Shown one piece after another: positions 27,246 through 37,621 of a DNA stretch of 64,000 nt (position 1 is the first letter of the stretch; each line of letters starts with the position of its first letter). This DNA is from an uncultured archaeon (lineage in GTDB: Archaea; Asgardarchaeota; Thorarchaeia; Thorarchaeales; Thorarchaeaceae), in NCBI GenBank assembly GCA_964558645.1, contig CAZLEV010000002.1, positions 288,001-352,000 of the forward strand. The letters are read 5' to 3'. The translations under genes and the position numbers were made by a program. The notes below the pieces were generated by a model, which was not told where the DNA came from, made no database searches, and worked only from the letters and a program-made list of their open reading frames with translations.

Positions 27246-29585
27246 TCATCTGAACACCGTTCTGGCAATGACTTCATCCTGAACGAATGGATCGAGTTCA
27301 ATGAAATATGCACTATATCCTGCTACACGAACAATGAGGTCTCTATGCTGTAATGGGTTGATTTTCGCATCCTCGAGGGTTTCTCTAGAAACCACATTGA
27401 ATTGCACATGGAAGGCCCCCATCCTGAAGTAGGCATCTATCATTCCTGCGAACTTCTCTCTTCTCGTCTCAGTACTGAAGAACTCAGGAATGAATTTCAT
27501 GTTGCAAAGGGTTCCGTTGTAGCATAGTCTGTGATTCAGTCTGGCCACTGATTTCATGGCCGCCGTTGGACCATTCACGTCTCGATTCTGGGTCGGTGAA
27601 ACTCCATCAGACAGCATATGTCCTGCATGTCTACCGTCTGGTGTGGCCCCCACTACCTCTCCCTGTGGGATATACATTGACACCGAGAAAAGAGCGCCAT
27701 GGTAGCCGCCATCACGCGTTGTCGGGCGCCTTTGAATTGCGTCGCAGAACACTTCTCCTGTGCGGCGAGCAAGTAAATCTACTCGCTCTATGTCGTTACC
27801 GTACTTCTCTGGGTCATTCTCAAGTTTCAAACGAAGCGTTTCTTGGCCCTCATAGTCATTGGAGAGAACTTTCAGGAGACTCGCCATCGGAATCTCCCCA
27901 GTTTCGAAGATGAATTTTCGAAGTACCTGTAGGGAGTCAGCGACGATGGCTATTCCCACACCCATAATTCCTCCAGAGTTGTACTTGGCACCGCCTTCCT
28001 GCATTGTCTTACCTTTCTCGAAACAGCCTTCAAGCAGGCTGGAGATAAATGGCGTTGGGACATTCTCTAGATGAATGCCGGCTGCAACTCTGTCTGCACG
28101 CGTAAGTAACTCAATAGCATGGTCAACCTGCTTCTCAAACGCCTTCCAAAGATCATCGAAGCTGCTGAAATCTACAGGATCCCCCGTTTCAAGTCCCACC
28201 TGCATGTTGGTTCTCGGATCTCTCCCGTTGTTAAGTGTGACTTCAAGAATCTTGGGCAGATTGACGTAGCCGATGTTCTGCCTTGAATCTGTCTTTCCTC
28301 CGATTATCGGCTCAACACAACCGAGTATCGAATAGTCATGAACCTCATCTTCGTCTGTGCCCTTGTCCCGCATGGTTTCCATTATTGCCTCGTCGTTGAA
28401 GAGACCTGGCATCCCTAGGCCCTCTACAATTACCTCAACCACCTTCATCTTGAGGGCTTCTGGGGTATTGCTGTGCCATCTGAAAGAAACAGTCGGCTGT
28501 GTCACCCTTATGTTAGCCGTTGCCTCAAGGACCAGCTCTGTCAGGCTGTTTGAGGCATCTCTTCCGCTCGAATCTTGGCCTCCGATTGTGAGGTTCTGGA
28601 ACATCGGGTGTCCTGCAAAGGCCACGCTGTAGTATTCGTCTCTCAGTTTGATAAGCGAGGTGAACTTCACCCACAGCATCTCGAGGAGCTCAAGCGCATC
28701 GTTTCTCGAGAACCTCTTTGCTTTGATGCCTGCTTCGTAGTAAGGAATCATATATTGGTCAAATCTACCTGTAGATATAGAGTGTCCATTTGATTCGGTC
28801 TGGACAAGAAGATGAATGAACCAGAATGACTGCAGAGCTTCGTGGAAAGTATCAGCCGGATGGGCAGGTACCTTTCTGCATATCCGAGCAATCTCGTTCA
28901 GTTCTTTCCTGCGATTGGCGTCAGTTTCGTCATCTGCCATCTTCGAGGCTAGTTCTGCGAAACGATGCGCGAACCTGATGACCGCTTCATAAGTCACCTT
29001 GACTGCTTCATAGAAACCAGGGGGCTCTTCTTCCAAGTCATACGATTCGAGCTTGGTTTCAGCCTGCCGAAGTATTCCCAAAAGTCCCTCATTCAGGACT
29101 CGCTGATAATCTACTATGACGTGTCCTATTCCAGTACCTGGAGCACCGATGGTGAACAGGCCTGCCTTCGATGACTTTAACGATTCTTCAGGCATGCGAA
29201 TCGAGGCTATCTCTGCCGTGCTGCGACCCTTCCAGAACTTGAAGACCTTTCGGAGTTTCTTCTTGTCTTCCCTGCCAATCTGAAATCTCTCGGTTCTTCT
29301 TCTATTGAAACGGTCTAGCTCATTTTCTATCCATTTCCAGCTGTATTCCGGGAAGACCTGGCACGATCTCGGGGTTGGCCCCATGTTTCCGACGATGAGT
29401 TCCTCTGGCTCGATTCTAATTGTCATGTTGTCTAGAACATATGCAAAGGCCCCAGAAAGACGCCGAATCGGTGGTTCGTCGAGGTGTGATTCGATGTATT
29501 CCGTGAAAAGGAATGCTCTCTCGGATGAGATTGTAGGCTCTGAAGCAAGCATCCGCTCCTTCATTCTCATTGTTCGCGAGGTCAT
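27246..29585 (-). CDS. Glycyl radical enzyme, diol/polyol dehydratase-like (PFL2-type)
   Basis: C-terminal RVAGYSAYF Gly loop; single-Cys GCVEP loop; ESNGHS, GIGH and FAGHPMFQNL motifs. The start could be 29603. Confidence 0.88.
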   Translation of the reverse strand: MTSRTMRMKERMLASEPTISSERAFLFTEYIESHLDEPPIRRLSGAFAYVLDNMTIRIEPEELIVGNMGPTPRSCQVFPEYSWKWIENELDRFNRRRTERFQIGREDKKKLRKVFKFWKGRSTAEIASIRMPEESLKSSKAGLFTIGAPGTGIGHVIVDYQRVLNEGLLGILRQAETKLESYDLEEEPPGFYEAVKVTYEAVIRFAHRFAELASKMADDETDANRRKELNEIARICRKVPAHPADTFHEALQSFWFIHLLVQTESNGHSISTGRFDQYMIPYYEAGIKAKRFSRNDALELLEMLWVKFTSLIKLRDEYYSVAFAGHPMFQNLTIGGQDSSGRDASNSLTELVLEATANIRVTQPTVSFRWHSNTPEALKMKVVEVIVEGLGMPGLFNDEAIMETMRDKGTDEDEVHDYSILGCVEPIIGGKTDSRQNIGYVNLPKILEVTLNNGRDPRTNMQVGLETGDPVDFSSFDDLWKAFEKQVDHAIELLTRADRVAAGIHLENVPTPFISSLLEGCFEKGKTMQEGGAKYNSGGIMGVGIAIVADSLQVLRKFIFETGEIPMASLLKVLSNDYEGQETLRLKLENDPEKYGNDIERVDLLARRTGEVFCDAIQRRPTTRDGGYHGALFSVSMYIPQGEVVGATPDGRHAGHMLSDGVSPTQNRDVNGPTAAMKSVARLNHRLCYNGTLCNMKFIPEFFSTETRREKFAGMIDAYFRMGAFHVQFNVVSRETLEDAKINPLQHRDLIVRVAGYSAYFIELDPFVQDEVIARTVFR

Positions 29586-29633
29586 TATACGTATGCTCCG
29601 CATTTCGGTTAATCGTTCTTCGCATATGTTCGA

Positions 29634-30803
29634 CTACTTGAGCAGGGTGGGGAGGTACTTCTCGAGCTTGGCCAAGGCCTCGTCTATTTTTTCGGTTGAC
29701 ACAGCATAGCAGAGACGTAGGAAACCTTCGCCATGGCCTCCAAAAGCAGAACCATGAACTGTAACTACTCCAGTTTCCTCAAGAATCTTCAATACTAAAT
29801 CGTAGGATTTCATACCATAGGCTGAAACATCCGGAAAGACATAGAATGCACCACCGGGTGGGTCTATCTCAACCCCCTCTATTGATGCAAGATTCCGAGT
29901 GATAAGATTCCTTCTCTTTCGGAAGGTTGAGATCATCTTGTCTACGCAGTCTTGAGATCCACTCACGGCTGCCTTGGCTGCTTTCTGTGATATACTCGTT
30001 GGCATGGAGAGTATATGCTCCTGAAGCTTGACCATTGCTTGGATGATGTCCTCTGGACCGGTACAGGCGCCTATTCTCCACCCCGTCATTGCGTAACTCT
30101 TTGAGAGCGAGAAGATAGAGATTACTCTCTCCTTCATCTCTGGAATGGATCCAATAAAAAGGGGTTCGGGGCTATCATAAATGAACTTCTCGTATGCTTC
30201 GTCTGAAATAACATAGATATCGTTCTCCAAGCATAAGTCTGCAATTCTTCTGATTTCCTTGTTGCTAGTGACCCCTCCGGTAGGGTTGTTTGGGGAGTTG
30301 AGGACGAGTAGCTTTGTCCTCTCAGTGAGTCGGCTCGCGATATCTTCAGCAAGCATCCCAAATCCGTGCTCCTTTCTCAGAGGAACGACAACTGGCTTCC
30401 CCTGGGCGAGTGCCGCGTGCGCAAAATGGCTGACAAATCCAGGGTCGGGATAGAGAACCTCGTCTCCAGGATCGACTAAGACAAGATTCGCAAGAACAAG
30501 CGCCCCCATTCCTCCTGCAGTCAACATGATATCTGTGACCGGATCGGCGTCTATTCTGTTATCGCGTTTGAACTTCTCTGCCATAGCCTCCCTGACGTCC
30601 ATGTAGCCTGCATTGTGAGTGTATCGTGTGTATCCTTTATCTATGGCATCCTTGGCTGCTTCCTTTATGTGAGAGGGGGTGTCGAAGTCAGGGACACCTA
30701 GTGTCATATCGAGGACGTCTGGACGGTCTGCAATCATATTGAAAATTCTGCGAATTTCACTGGCAGGTACATATCTGTTTCTTTCTGCAAGCACTGACAT
30801 CAC
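29634..30803 (-). CDS. PLP-dependent aminotransferase, class I/II
   Basis: NSPNNPTG, DEAY and SLSKSYAMTGWRIG motifs. Confidence 0.93.
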   Translation of the reverse strand: MMSVLAERNRYVPASEIRRIFNMIADRPDVLDMTLGVPDFDTPSHIKEAAKDAIDKGYTRYTHNAGYMDVREAMAEKFKRDNRIDADPVTDIMLTAGGMGALVLANLVLVDPGDEVLYPDPGFVSHFAHAALAQGKPVVVPLRKEHGFGMLAEDIASRLTERTKLLVLNSPNNPTGGVTSNKEIRRIADLCLENDIYVISDEAYEKFIYDSPEPLFIGSIPEMKERVISIFSLSKSYAMTGWRIGACTGPEDIIQAMVKLQEHILSMPTSISQKAAKAAVSGSQDCVDKMISTFRKRRNLITRNLASIEGVEIDPPGGAFYVFPDVSAYGMKSYDLVLKILEETGVVTVHGSAFGGHGEGFLRLCYAVSTEKIDEALAKLEKYLPTLLK

Positions 30804-30907
30804 CGGCGGTGAGGGGAATGTCTGGCGGTTTATATAAGCTCTCTAATGTACAAGTTCACTTTAACAGACAGCGGCATTTTTCAGAGGAGATTTAAGACCG
30901 TCTAGAC

Positions 30908-31423
30908 ATGACAGATTTGGATGTGAGTTCTATGGATGAACCGACGGCGGATGTTGTTCGGAAGACAAACATGGCCACGCTGGCAAGCGCACACGTAGTC
31001 TATATTGAAACCTTCAGGAAGGTCATGGGAAAGAAGGGTCTTGAGGCTATAGGAGAGGAGAATCGGCTTCATGGTGTCAGTCTGGGCAAGGCAGCACTGG
31101 CGGGCGGCTCTCTACGGAAGGGCGACCTCATATCCATCTTTGAGATGTTCAGAGATGCCTATCCGTATTTTGGATTCGAGCTCAGCGTGTCTGATCATGA
31201 TGATAATCGACTTGATCTCAAGGTTACGAAGTGCCCATGGATTGAAACCTTCAAGAGCATGAGCGCAGCTGATGACATCTGCAAATGGGTAACAAAGACT
31301 GACGAGGGTATAGCACAAGCCGTAGATCCCTCCTTGAAGATGACTCTTCCGAGGTGCATGATGAGAGGGGACAACCACTGCATCTACAGATGGCAAAAGC
31401 AAGAGGGTGAGTGGCACCAATGA
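30908..31423 (+). CDS. ATC-hydrolase/V4R-like protein
   Basis: V.KCPW...IC..D...P.L.....CMM.GD..C Cys pattern. Confidence 0.75.
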   Translation: MTDLDVSSMDEPTADVVRKTNMATLASAHVVYIETFRKVMGKKGLEAIGEENRLHGVSLGKAALAGGSLRKGDLISIFEMFRDAYPYFGFELSVSDHDDNRLDLKVTKCPWIETFKSMSAADDICKWVTKTDEGIAQAVDPSLKMTLPRCMMRGDNHCIYRWQKQEGEWHQ

Positions 31424-32088
31424 CTAACAGGAGTGACTCCATTCTGCAGCGAACTCTCAAGCTCTACGTTGCGGCTGTTTCAGATGCTGCTGATGAGGTG
31501 GGTTTGGATGGAGTCTGTATGGACCGCGGCATAGTTCCTCTTACAGAGAACCGGAGGATGGCGGGGTTCGCCAGAACTGGCCGCATGGTCAGGTCTCCGG
31601 AGGACAGACCCTACGACGAGCGGCAGCTCGATACCTTCATGAGTTTGGCAACCAAAGCTAGGGATGGAGATCTAATTTCCATAGATACGGGCGGTGCAAT
31701 AGACTGCTCTGCTTGGGGCCAAGTTCTCACACGGATTGGGCAAACCTGTGGTGTCAGAGGGGCGCTGGTCGAAGGGACGTCTCGTGACATTGACGACATT
31801 AACAGGATGCACTTCCCAGTGTTTGCCAGAGGTCGTCATCCAGGCACTATGCGCGGTCGTCTGGATATGGAGTCGGTGAATGAGCCTATTGTTTGCGGGG
31901 GCGTGCTCATTCATCCGGGAGACCTGATCTTTGGTGACGGTGACGGCGTCGTTGTTATCCCCGCAGATTCCATAGAGGATGTGCTCACGCACGCTGAGAA
32001 GGTCGTGTCAACTGACAGGTGGTGGGCAGGGAAACTAGACGAAGGTAAAGACCCCCATGAGCTCCACAAGGAGAAGCCAATTCCCTAA
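31411..32088 (+). CDS. RraA / HMG-CHA aldolase family protein
   Basis: AVSDA, AWG, G..RD, FPVFARG and PGDLIFGDGDGVVVIP motifs. Confidence 0.88.
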   Translation: MAPMTNRSDSILQRTLKLYVAAVSDAADEVGLDGVCMDRGIVPLTENRRMAGFARTGRMVRSPEDRPYDERQLDTFMSLATKARDGDLISIDTGGAIDCSAWGQVLTRIGQTCGVRGALVEGTSRDIDDINRMHFPVFARGRHPGTMRGRLDMESVNEPIVCGGVLIHPGDLIFGDGDGVVVIPADSIEDVLTHAEKVVSTDRWWAGKLDEGKDPHELHKEKPIP

Positions 32089-33215
32089 ACCTTGATGGGA
32101 TACCTCCCCCGCTTTTTTGCATAATCATACATCGTGAGAGTCTTCTCCGGAGTTGAGTCCGGTTGAATGTTGTGGGCAGGAGCCAGTATGTAGCCTCCTC
32201 CAGGAGCGAGTGCCTTCAGACGAGTGTCCACCTCCTCCTTGACTTCCCGAACTGTTCCCCGCTCGGACATTGCCCGTTGCAGGTCAATAGCTCCGTGGAA
32301 AGAGAGGCGACCTCCATATTTCTCTTTAAGCTCTGCTGAATCCATTCCCTTTGCCAATGGCTGAATTGGGTTGAGGATGTCCACTCCAACATCTATAAGA
32401 TCGTTGATAAGCGGTTCTATAGCCCCACAGCTGTGGTAGAGCAACTCGACATGGGGTGCACGTCTGTGTATGTCCCCGTAAATCTTCTCATGCCTAGGTC
32501 TGATGAGCTTCCTGTACATTCTTGGACTCATGATGAGCCCGTGCTGATGACCCAAATCATCTCCCACTTGAACAATGTCGAGGTATTCGCCAACTGCATC
32601 TAACAATACACGGTTCATATCCATGGCGAATTCCATTGACTTATCCATCATGGCCTCAGCGAGGAGAGTTCCCTCCGCAAGGTCAATGAGGAACTTCTCA
32701 AAGCCTCGCATGTAGTGTGCACATATCTCGAAGACGCCCCAGGGCCCCCCAACCATGCCCACCACAGCATAGTCAGTTTCCTCGTGAAGGTGTTGAGCCC
32801 ACTCAGTGACGCCATCCATTCTAGAGGGGTCATCCGCATCCGGCCATTCCCATCCCTCGACTTCCTCAACTTCCGTGATTTCCGCCCACGGGAAGTGGGT
32901 TACCTCCCAGTAGGGTCCGAACCACTTTCCCCGGAAACCATATTCCGAATCAGTTGTTCCATCAGGATAGGTCTTCACTTTGAATCTAGCTGAAGGATTC
33001 ATGTATACACGACGAAAGTCGACGTGAAGTCGCTTCAGCATCTCTTCAGATATCTTCCAGTTTGACATGATGCCCCACTCTTGTGTTTCAGGGGCTGTAA
33101 TTCCGAGATGTTCCCGCAGTTGCTCATACGCTGAGGGAGTTGTCCAGTAGTCAATGGGTACCCTGTCAGGTTCTTCATGGCCCAATGCCTTCAAGACACG
33201 TTCACGAGGTTTCAT
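32085..33215 (-). CDS. Uroporphyrinogen decarboxylase / MtaA-CmuA family protein
   Basis: RERV..AL.HEEPDRVP, GDDLG, HSCG and GGYILAPAHNIQ motifs. Confidence 0.85.
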   Translation of the reverse strand: MKPRERVLKALGHEEPDRVPIDYWTTPSAYEQLREHLGITAPETQEWGIMSNWKISEEMLKRLHVDFRRVYMNPSARFKVKTYPDGTTDSEYGFRGKWFGPYWEVTHFPWAEITEVEEVEGWEWPDADDPSRMDGVTEWAQHLHEETDYAVVGMVGGPWGVFEICAHYMRGFEKFLIDLAEGTLLAEAMMDKSMEFAMDMNRVLLDAVGEYLDIVQVGDDLGHQHGLIMSPRMYRKLIRPRHEKIYGDIHRRAPHVELLYHSCGAIEPLINDLIDVGVDILNPIQPLAKGMDSAELKEKYGGRLSFHGAIDLQRAMSERGTVREVKEEVDTRLKALAPGGGYILAPAHNIQPDSTPEKTLTMYDYAKKRGRYPIKV

Positions 33216-33306
33216 GGTGTTTGTCAAGATTACACCTCGATTATTAAAGTGCTCCATGGCAGCTCTTTAATAACCCGAACGTGAGAAATGGGTCGGAGAC
33301 CGAAAC

Positions 33307-34689
33307 ATGGTGACCATAGAGAAGTTGACCAATCTTCTGAGTGAAGCTATTGGTCCCGAACGAGTCACTGACAAGGACTTCGACTTGATCACGTATAGCC
33401 GAGACCTCAGTCCTGCTCGACCAAAGATGCCTTCCCACGTAGTCATGCCCGAAACCCGGGAGGACATCAGGGCGATTCTTGCAATAGCGAATGAACAAGA
33501 CGTTCCAGTATACATTCGGGGTGGCGGAACGTCACACTGGGATGCATATCTAGCCCAAGAGCCTGGAATCATGATGGACATGGGTCGAATGAACAAGATT
33601 CTCGAGATAAATGACCGTGATTTGGCCGTGACAGTACAGCCCAATTGTACTTGGGGAAAGCTCGATCAGGCTTTGAGGAAACGCGGTTTGACATATCTCT
33701 GCTCGGAGGCAGGAGGCCCAGCCATGACCATCGGTGGGTCAGTCATGAAGGCAGGAGGAGGTCCTCATTCAACGGCTAAGTTCGGCTTCCACGGAAACCA
33801 AGATGTTCTTACTCTTGAGATGGTTCTTCCAAACGGGGACGTCGTAGAGACCGGCTCTGCTGCATGGCCGAGCGCTGGAAAGTTCGAACGTCAGTGTCTT
33901 GGCCCTGATCTGGCGGGTATGTTCATTGGAGCTGAGGGTATACTAGGCGTCTGTACGGAGTTGACCCTACGAATTCGTCCTGCGACAGACTATATTGAGC
34001 GAATCCTGGTAGTAATGAAGACTCTTGATGACGTCGTCGAGTTTGGTCATTTCGTCAACCGTTATGTGGGTGACGAGTACTTGCAGGGCATCTATCTCTG
34101 GGTTGATCCCGATTCCCCTGATGCATTCGTTCTCATGATGGATCTTTTTGGCTACGAGAAGGAAATCATCGAATATCGGAAAGAACGAATCCTTGCGAAA
34201 ATCAGTGAACTCGGCGGAGAGATCGGAGATCCTGCTCCTGCCAATGATTACTTTGACAGAATTCTCACGGGTTTCACCGATCTCTTTACAGAAGGTGTCT
34301 GGCACTTCTTTGGAGCTGGGACTCTTCGAATCGATGATATCCAGTTTGTCTACAGGATCTGGAGAGAGGAGCTCCTCGAGAAACGAGATTACAAGAAGGC
34401 AGGGTTTGGTGGACAAATCCTTCCTCGTCGATGGCTGGCCTTCATGGTCACGAACTATAAGGAGCCTGAGGATTGGAAGGAACTTGTAGAGATGGCTGAT
34501 GAAATTGATGCCAAGGTGCTCTCCGGTCCTGTTGTGCCCTATGGCATTGGAGGCCGTGACGGACTAAGACGTTTTGTGGCCGAAAGGGACACTGGCTACT
34601 ACCGACTCCTCAAGACCCTGAAGAAGACACTCGACCCCAAGAATGTCCTACAACGGGGCATATTCATCCCTGAAGAGGAACTACGATGA
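33307..34689 (+). CDS. FAD-binding oxidoreductase (GlcD/D-lactate dehydrogenase-like)
   Basis: RGGGTS, TIGG, GAEGILG and LKKTLDPKNVL motifs. Confidence 0.88.
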   Translation: MVTIEKLTNLLSEAIGPERVTDKDFDLITYSRDLSPARPKMPSHVVMPETREDIRAILAIANEQDVPVYIRGGGTSHWDAYLAQEPGIMMDMGRMNKILEINDRDLAVTVQPNCTWGKLDQALRKRGLTYLCSEAGGPAMTIGGSVMKAGGGPHSTAKFGFHGNQDVLTLEMVLPNGDVVETGSAAWPSAGKFERQCLGPDLAGMFIGAEGILGVCTELTLRIRPATDYIERILVVMKTLDDVVEFGHFVNRYVGDEYLQGIYLWVDPDSPDAFVLMMDLFGYEKEIIEYRKERILAKISELGGEIGDPAPANDYFDRILTGFTDLFTEGVWHFFGAGTLRIDDIQFVYRIWREELLEKRDYKKAGFGGQILPRRWLAFMVTNYKEPEDWKELVEMADEIDAKVLSGPVVPYGIGGRDGLRRFVAERDTGYYRLLKTLKKTLDPKNVLQRGIFIPEEELR

Positions 34690-35882
34690 GAATCGAGGAA
34701 TACAGAGACATGATTTACGCCTGCGGAAGGTGTAATTTCTGCAAAGGAACAGACTTCAATGAACGTTGTCCGCAGATATTCACGCAGACTTGGGAATCAG
34801 CCACACTCCGGGGACGAATGGCCATCGCCCGGGGGCTTCTTGAGGAGAAACTCGAATATAGCGATGAGCTGGCTGAGAGAATCTTTGGCTGCTTCATGTG
34901 CGGCAGGTGTCGTGAGGAGTGCAAGAAGGCAGCCAACATTGATGCCATAGCAATAACAAAAGCAATGCGCGCGGACTTCGTGGACCAAGGAGTGAAGATA
35001 CCTGAAGGAGGAGAAACCATGGCCAACACTGCCATTCAAACCGGCAACATCTTCGCAGATACGCCCGAGCGCCACACAAAATGGGCTGACGGACTGGAGT
35101 TCAAGGAGGGCTCTGGAGTGTTGTTCTTCCCTGGTTGCTTAGCCAGTCATCGTTTCAAAGAGAAGACCAATATCCTCGTGCGCTTGCTTCAGACCGCTGG
35201 GTATGATTTGGATTTCCTTGGCGATGACCAGATGTGCTGTGGAGCACCCTATTGGATTACTGGGCAAGTCGAGAATAATGAACAGTGGGCACGGGATTAT
35301 CTGAAGAAACTGCAGGAACGTGCAGTGAAGGAGATTATCACGCCGTGCCCCAGCTGCTTTAGGGCCTTCGACGAGGAATATCCTAAGATCTTGAATCTAG
35401 ATGCGTTTCCAATCAAAGTCCGACACACCAGTCAGGTCCTAGAGGAGATAGTCGACAAGAAGAAACTGGAGTTCACGATTCCTCTCAACAAGAAAGTAAC
35501 CTATCATGACCCATGTGAGATTGGGCGTTATCGCGGTATCTACGAACCGGCTCGGAAGATTCTCGCGGCGCTTCCGGGGGTTGAGTTCGTTGAGATGTCA
35601 CGGAACAGAGAAGAGGCATTTTGCTGCGGTGGCGGTGGCGGCGTGAAGATCATGTACGAGGACTACTCCAACAGGGTGGCCAAGGAGCGAATTCAAGATT
35701 TCATAGAAACCGGTGCCGAAACCCTGGTCACAATCTGTCCTGCCTGCGAGATGAATCTCACCCACGGGACTTACGCGGCGGATGTTGAGGCACGAGTTCT
35801 GGATATTGCCGAACTAATGGCAGTGGCTGTCGGGATAGAAGATCCTGAGATTCTGGAGTCGGATTACTTCCCTGAAGACTAG
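34686..35882 (+). CDS. Fe-S oxidoreductase with CCG domains (GlcF/HdrD-like)
   Basis: Two ferredoxin-type Cys clusters; CCG, YHDPC, CCGGGGG and CPAC motifs; ATGA overlap with the upstream gene. Confidence 0.9.
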   Translation: MRIEEYRDMIYACGRCNFCKGTDFNERCPQIFTQTWESATLRGRMAIARGLLEEKLEYSDELAERIFGCFMCGRCREECKKAANIDAIAITKAMRADFVDQGVKIPEGGETMANTAIQTGNIFADTPERHTKWADGLEFKEGSGVLFFPGCLASHRFKEKTNILVRLLQTAGYDLDFLGDDQMCCGAPYWITGQVENNEQWARDYLKKLQERAVKEIITPCPSCFRAFDEEYPKILNLDAFPIKVRHTSQVLEEIVDKKKLEFTIPLNKKVTYHDPCEIGRYRGIYEPARKILAALPGVEFVEMSRNREEAFCCGGGGGVKIMYEDYSNRVAKERIQDFIETGAETLVTICPACEMNLTHGTYAADVEARVLDIAELMAVAVGIEDPEILESDYFPED

Positions 35883-36178
35883 CCGCCCACAGCTGCAATC
35901 ATGAATACCACGAGATCTCCCTTGGAGAGCTTTGTTTCCAGTCCCGCTCTAGCGACCATATTCATTCCGTTTACTATGACAATGGCATCTCTTCGAAGAT
36001 TCTTCTTCTTAGCATCATCGAGGTAGCTCTCAAAGCGCTCCCCATACTCCTCATGGAGGTGCTCAATGAGATCCCGTATGGTCGAGCCTTCTTCAGCCTC
36101 AAATGGGAACATATTGTGTTCGTCGTATTTCATGCCCTTGTTCATGAGCTTAACGTAGACCTCGGTCATACTAAGCAC
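35879..36178 (-). CDS. MoaD/ThiS/SAMP ubiquitin-like protein
   Basis: IVNG...GLETKL..GD.V......GG C-terminus. Confidence 0.88.
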   Translation of the reverse strand: MLSMTEVYVKLMNKGMKYDEHNMFPFEAEEGSTIRDLIEHLHEEYGERFESYLDDAKKKNLRRDAIVIVNGMNMVARAGLETKLSKGDLVVFMIAAVGG

Positions 36179-36391
36179 GTCCTTTCTCAGGTTGCTTAAG
36201 CTGTGCGGTCAAGTCTTTTATGCCTCTCGATTAAGACATATTGGACATCCATAAAGCTTTTAATAACTGTGAAGAGGCGGAACTCGCATACGGTCAAAGC
36301 CTGCATATGCATTGCCCATAAACGCTGAAGAGAACCGTCAACTCATAGGTCTAGATTGCGACACGACAAAAGATAATGGTTGCTTTGAATA

Positions 36392-37171
36392 TTGGCTGAC
36401 TCAAGAACTTCCCGGACTACACTTAGAGAATGGATGGCTGAAAACGCCCGAAACGAGCCAATCCACTATCGGGAGATTGCCGAAGAGCTTGGAAGAGATC
36501 CCGCTTCTGTGTCTGCCTCTCTTTCGATTGAGAAGGCACAGGCCGAAACTGAAGGACGTCCTCCATACTTTGTGCGAGTGAAGGCCGGTCTCTACCGTTA
36601 CAACGAGCTCTGTGAGGCCGCGAAAGACGAGGAAAAGATTGATGCGGAGATACGAGAGAAGGTCAAGGAAGTGAACCGGAAGGCTCGAAGCGATGTTAAC
36701 GAGGCTATTGACCGACTCGATCTAAATGGGTTCACCCAACTGGCAAATACCATCCTTGCTAACATCAGAGTGCGCGTGGAAGATGTGCGGGAGCGAGAAC
36801 GCTACAACGCAACTGTTGTTCTCACAGGCTCTTGGCTCGATGATGGCGGCGCGGCTCCAGTAGTATTCTATATCAAGAAGTGCGGATTGGATGAAGAGAT
36901 TGGAAAGGCCACCATCCTAGAGATTCGAGGTGCGCTTCCCAACTATCAAGCCAATCAAGGTGTCCTGATCAGCAACGGCATCTGCACGAAGGAGGCTAGG
37001 GAGGCGGCGGTGATGAGCCGTTATTCAGTGCCACCCATTCACATCATGGACAAGGAGATCATCTTGAACATTCTGGAAGAGAGCCGCGCGGGTGTGAAGT
37101 CTCGCAAGATCGACATGCTGTTCCTAGATGAAGAGTTCTTTGGACAACTGACATCAGATGGCGCAGCGTAA
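36392..37171 (+). CDS. HARE-HTH-like domain plus Mrr-type restriction endonuclease-like domain
   Basis: PIHYREIAE...F.RV..GLY at the N-terminus; F.QL...IL...IG..TI.E.RGAL....GVLISNG..T.EA..PIHIMD at the C-terminus. Confidence 0.75.
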   Translation: MADSRTSRTTLREWMAENARNEPIHYREIAEELGRDPASVSASLSIEKAQAETEGRPPYFVRVKAGLYRYNELCEAAKDEEKIDAEIREKVKEVNRKARSDVNEAIDRLDLNGFTQLANTILANIRVRVEDVRERERYNATVVLTGSWLDDGGAAPVVFYIKKCGLDEEIGKATILEIRGALPNYQANQGVLISNGICTKEAREAAVMSRYSVPPIHIMDKEIILNILEESRAGVKSRKIDMLFLDEEFFGQLTSDGAA

Positions 37172-37621
37172 TTCCCCTATGTTTAATTTCGGCTTAATCG
37201 GCCCAGAGAGTTCCTTCAAGATCCACTGCCGCGCTGATCCATGGATTGGCAGCACTAGACGCAGTCCTCCTCAAGAATCCGTCATTTCTAGATAATCTGT
37301 TTCTTACAATTTGGTGAGTGAACGTCACCTGTAAGAGACTTCTGCGTTCCATCCCTCCCCTGAGAGTGTTCAAGACTACATGTCAGCAAGGAGGAAATCA
37401 TACACATATCTGACAAAATGACTAGGAAATCAAGGCGTTTTTAAGATTCTAGAATCGAGTTGTGTTCCCATTGCCTCTCCGTATATAACCAAGACCCCGT
37501 TTTCGTTTGTTAAATAGCTCGCCAGCCAACCTTAAATACAGCCGTTACTGTCTTCTCAGTTATCACCGGATATGTCTTATACGTATCTTGTGAGAGATAA
37601 AATGTAAGGAGAACAACGCAA

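Noticed and set aside
37190-37365. Possible additional rps19 scars (aatcggcccagagagttcc; aagagacttctgcgttcc)
   Set aside because: Short and gapped, with no accompanying gene-3 tip; cannot be distinguished from chance by eye.
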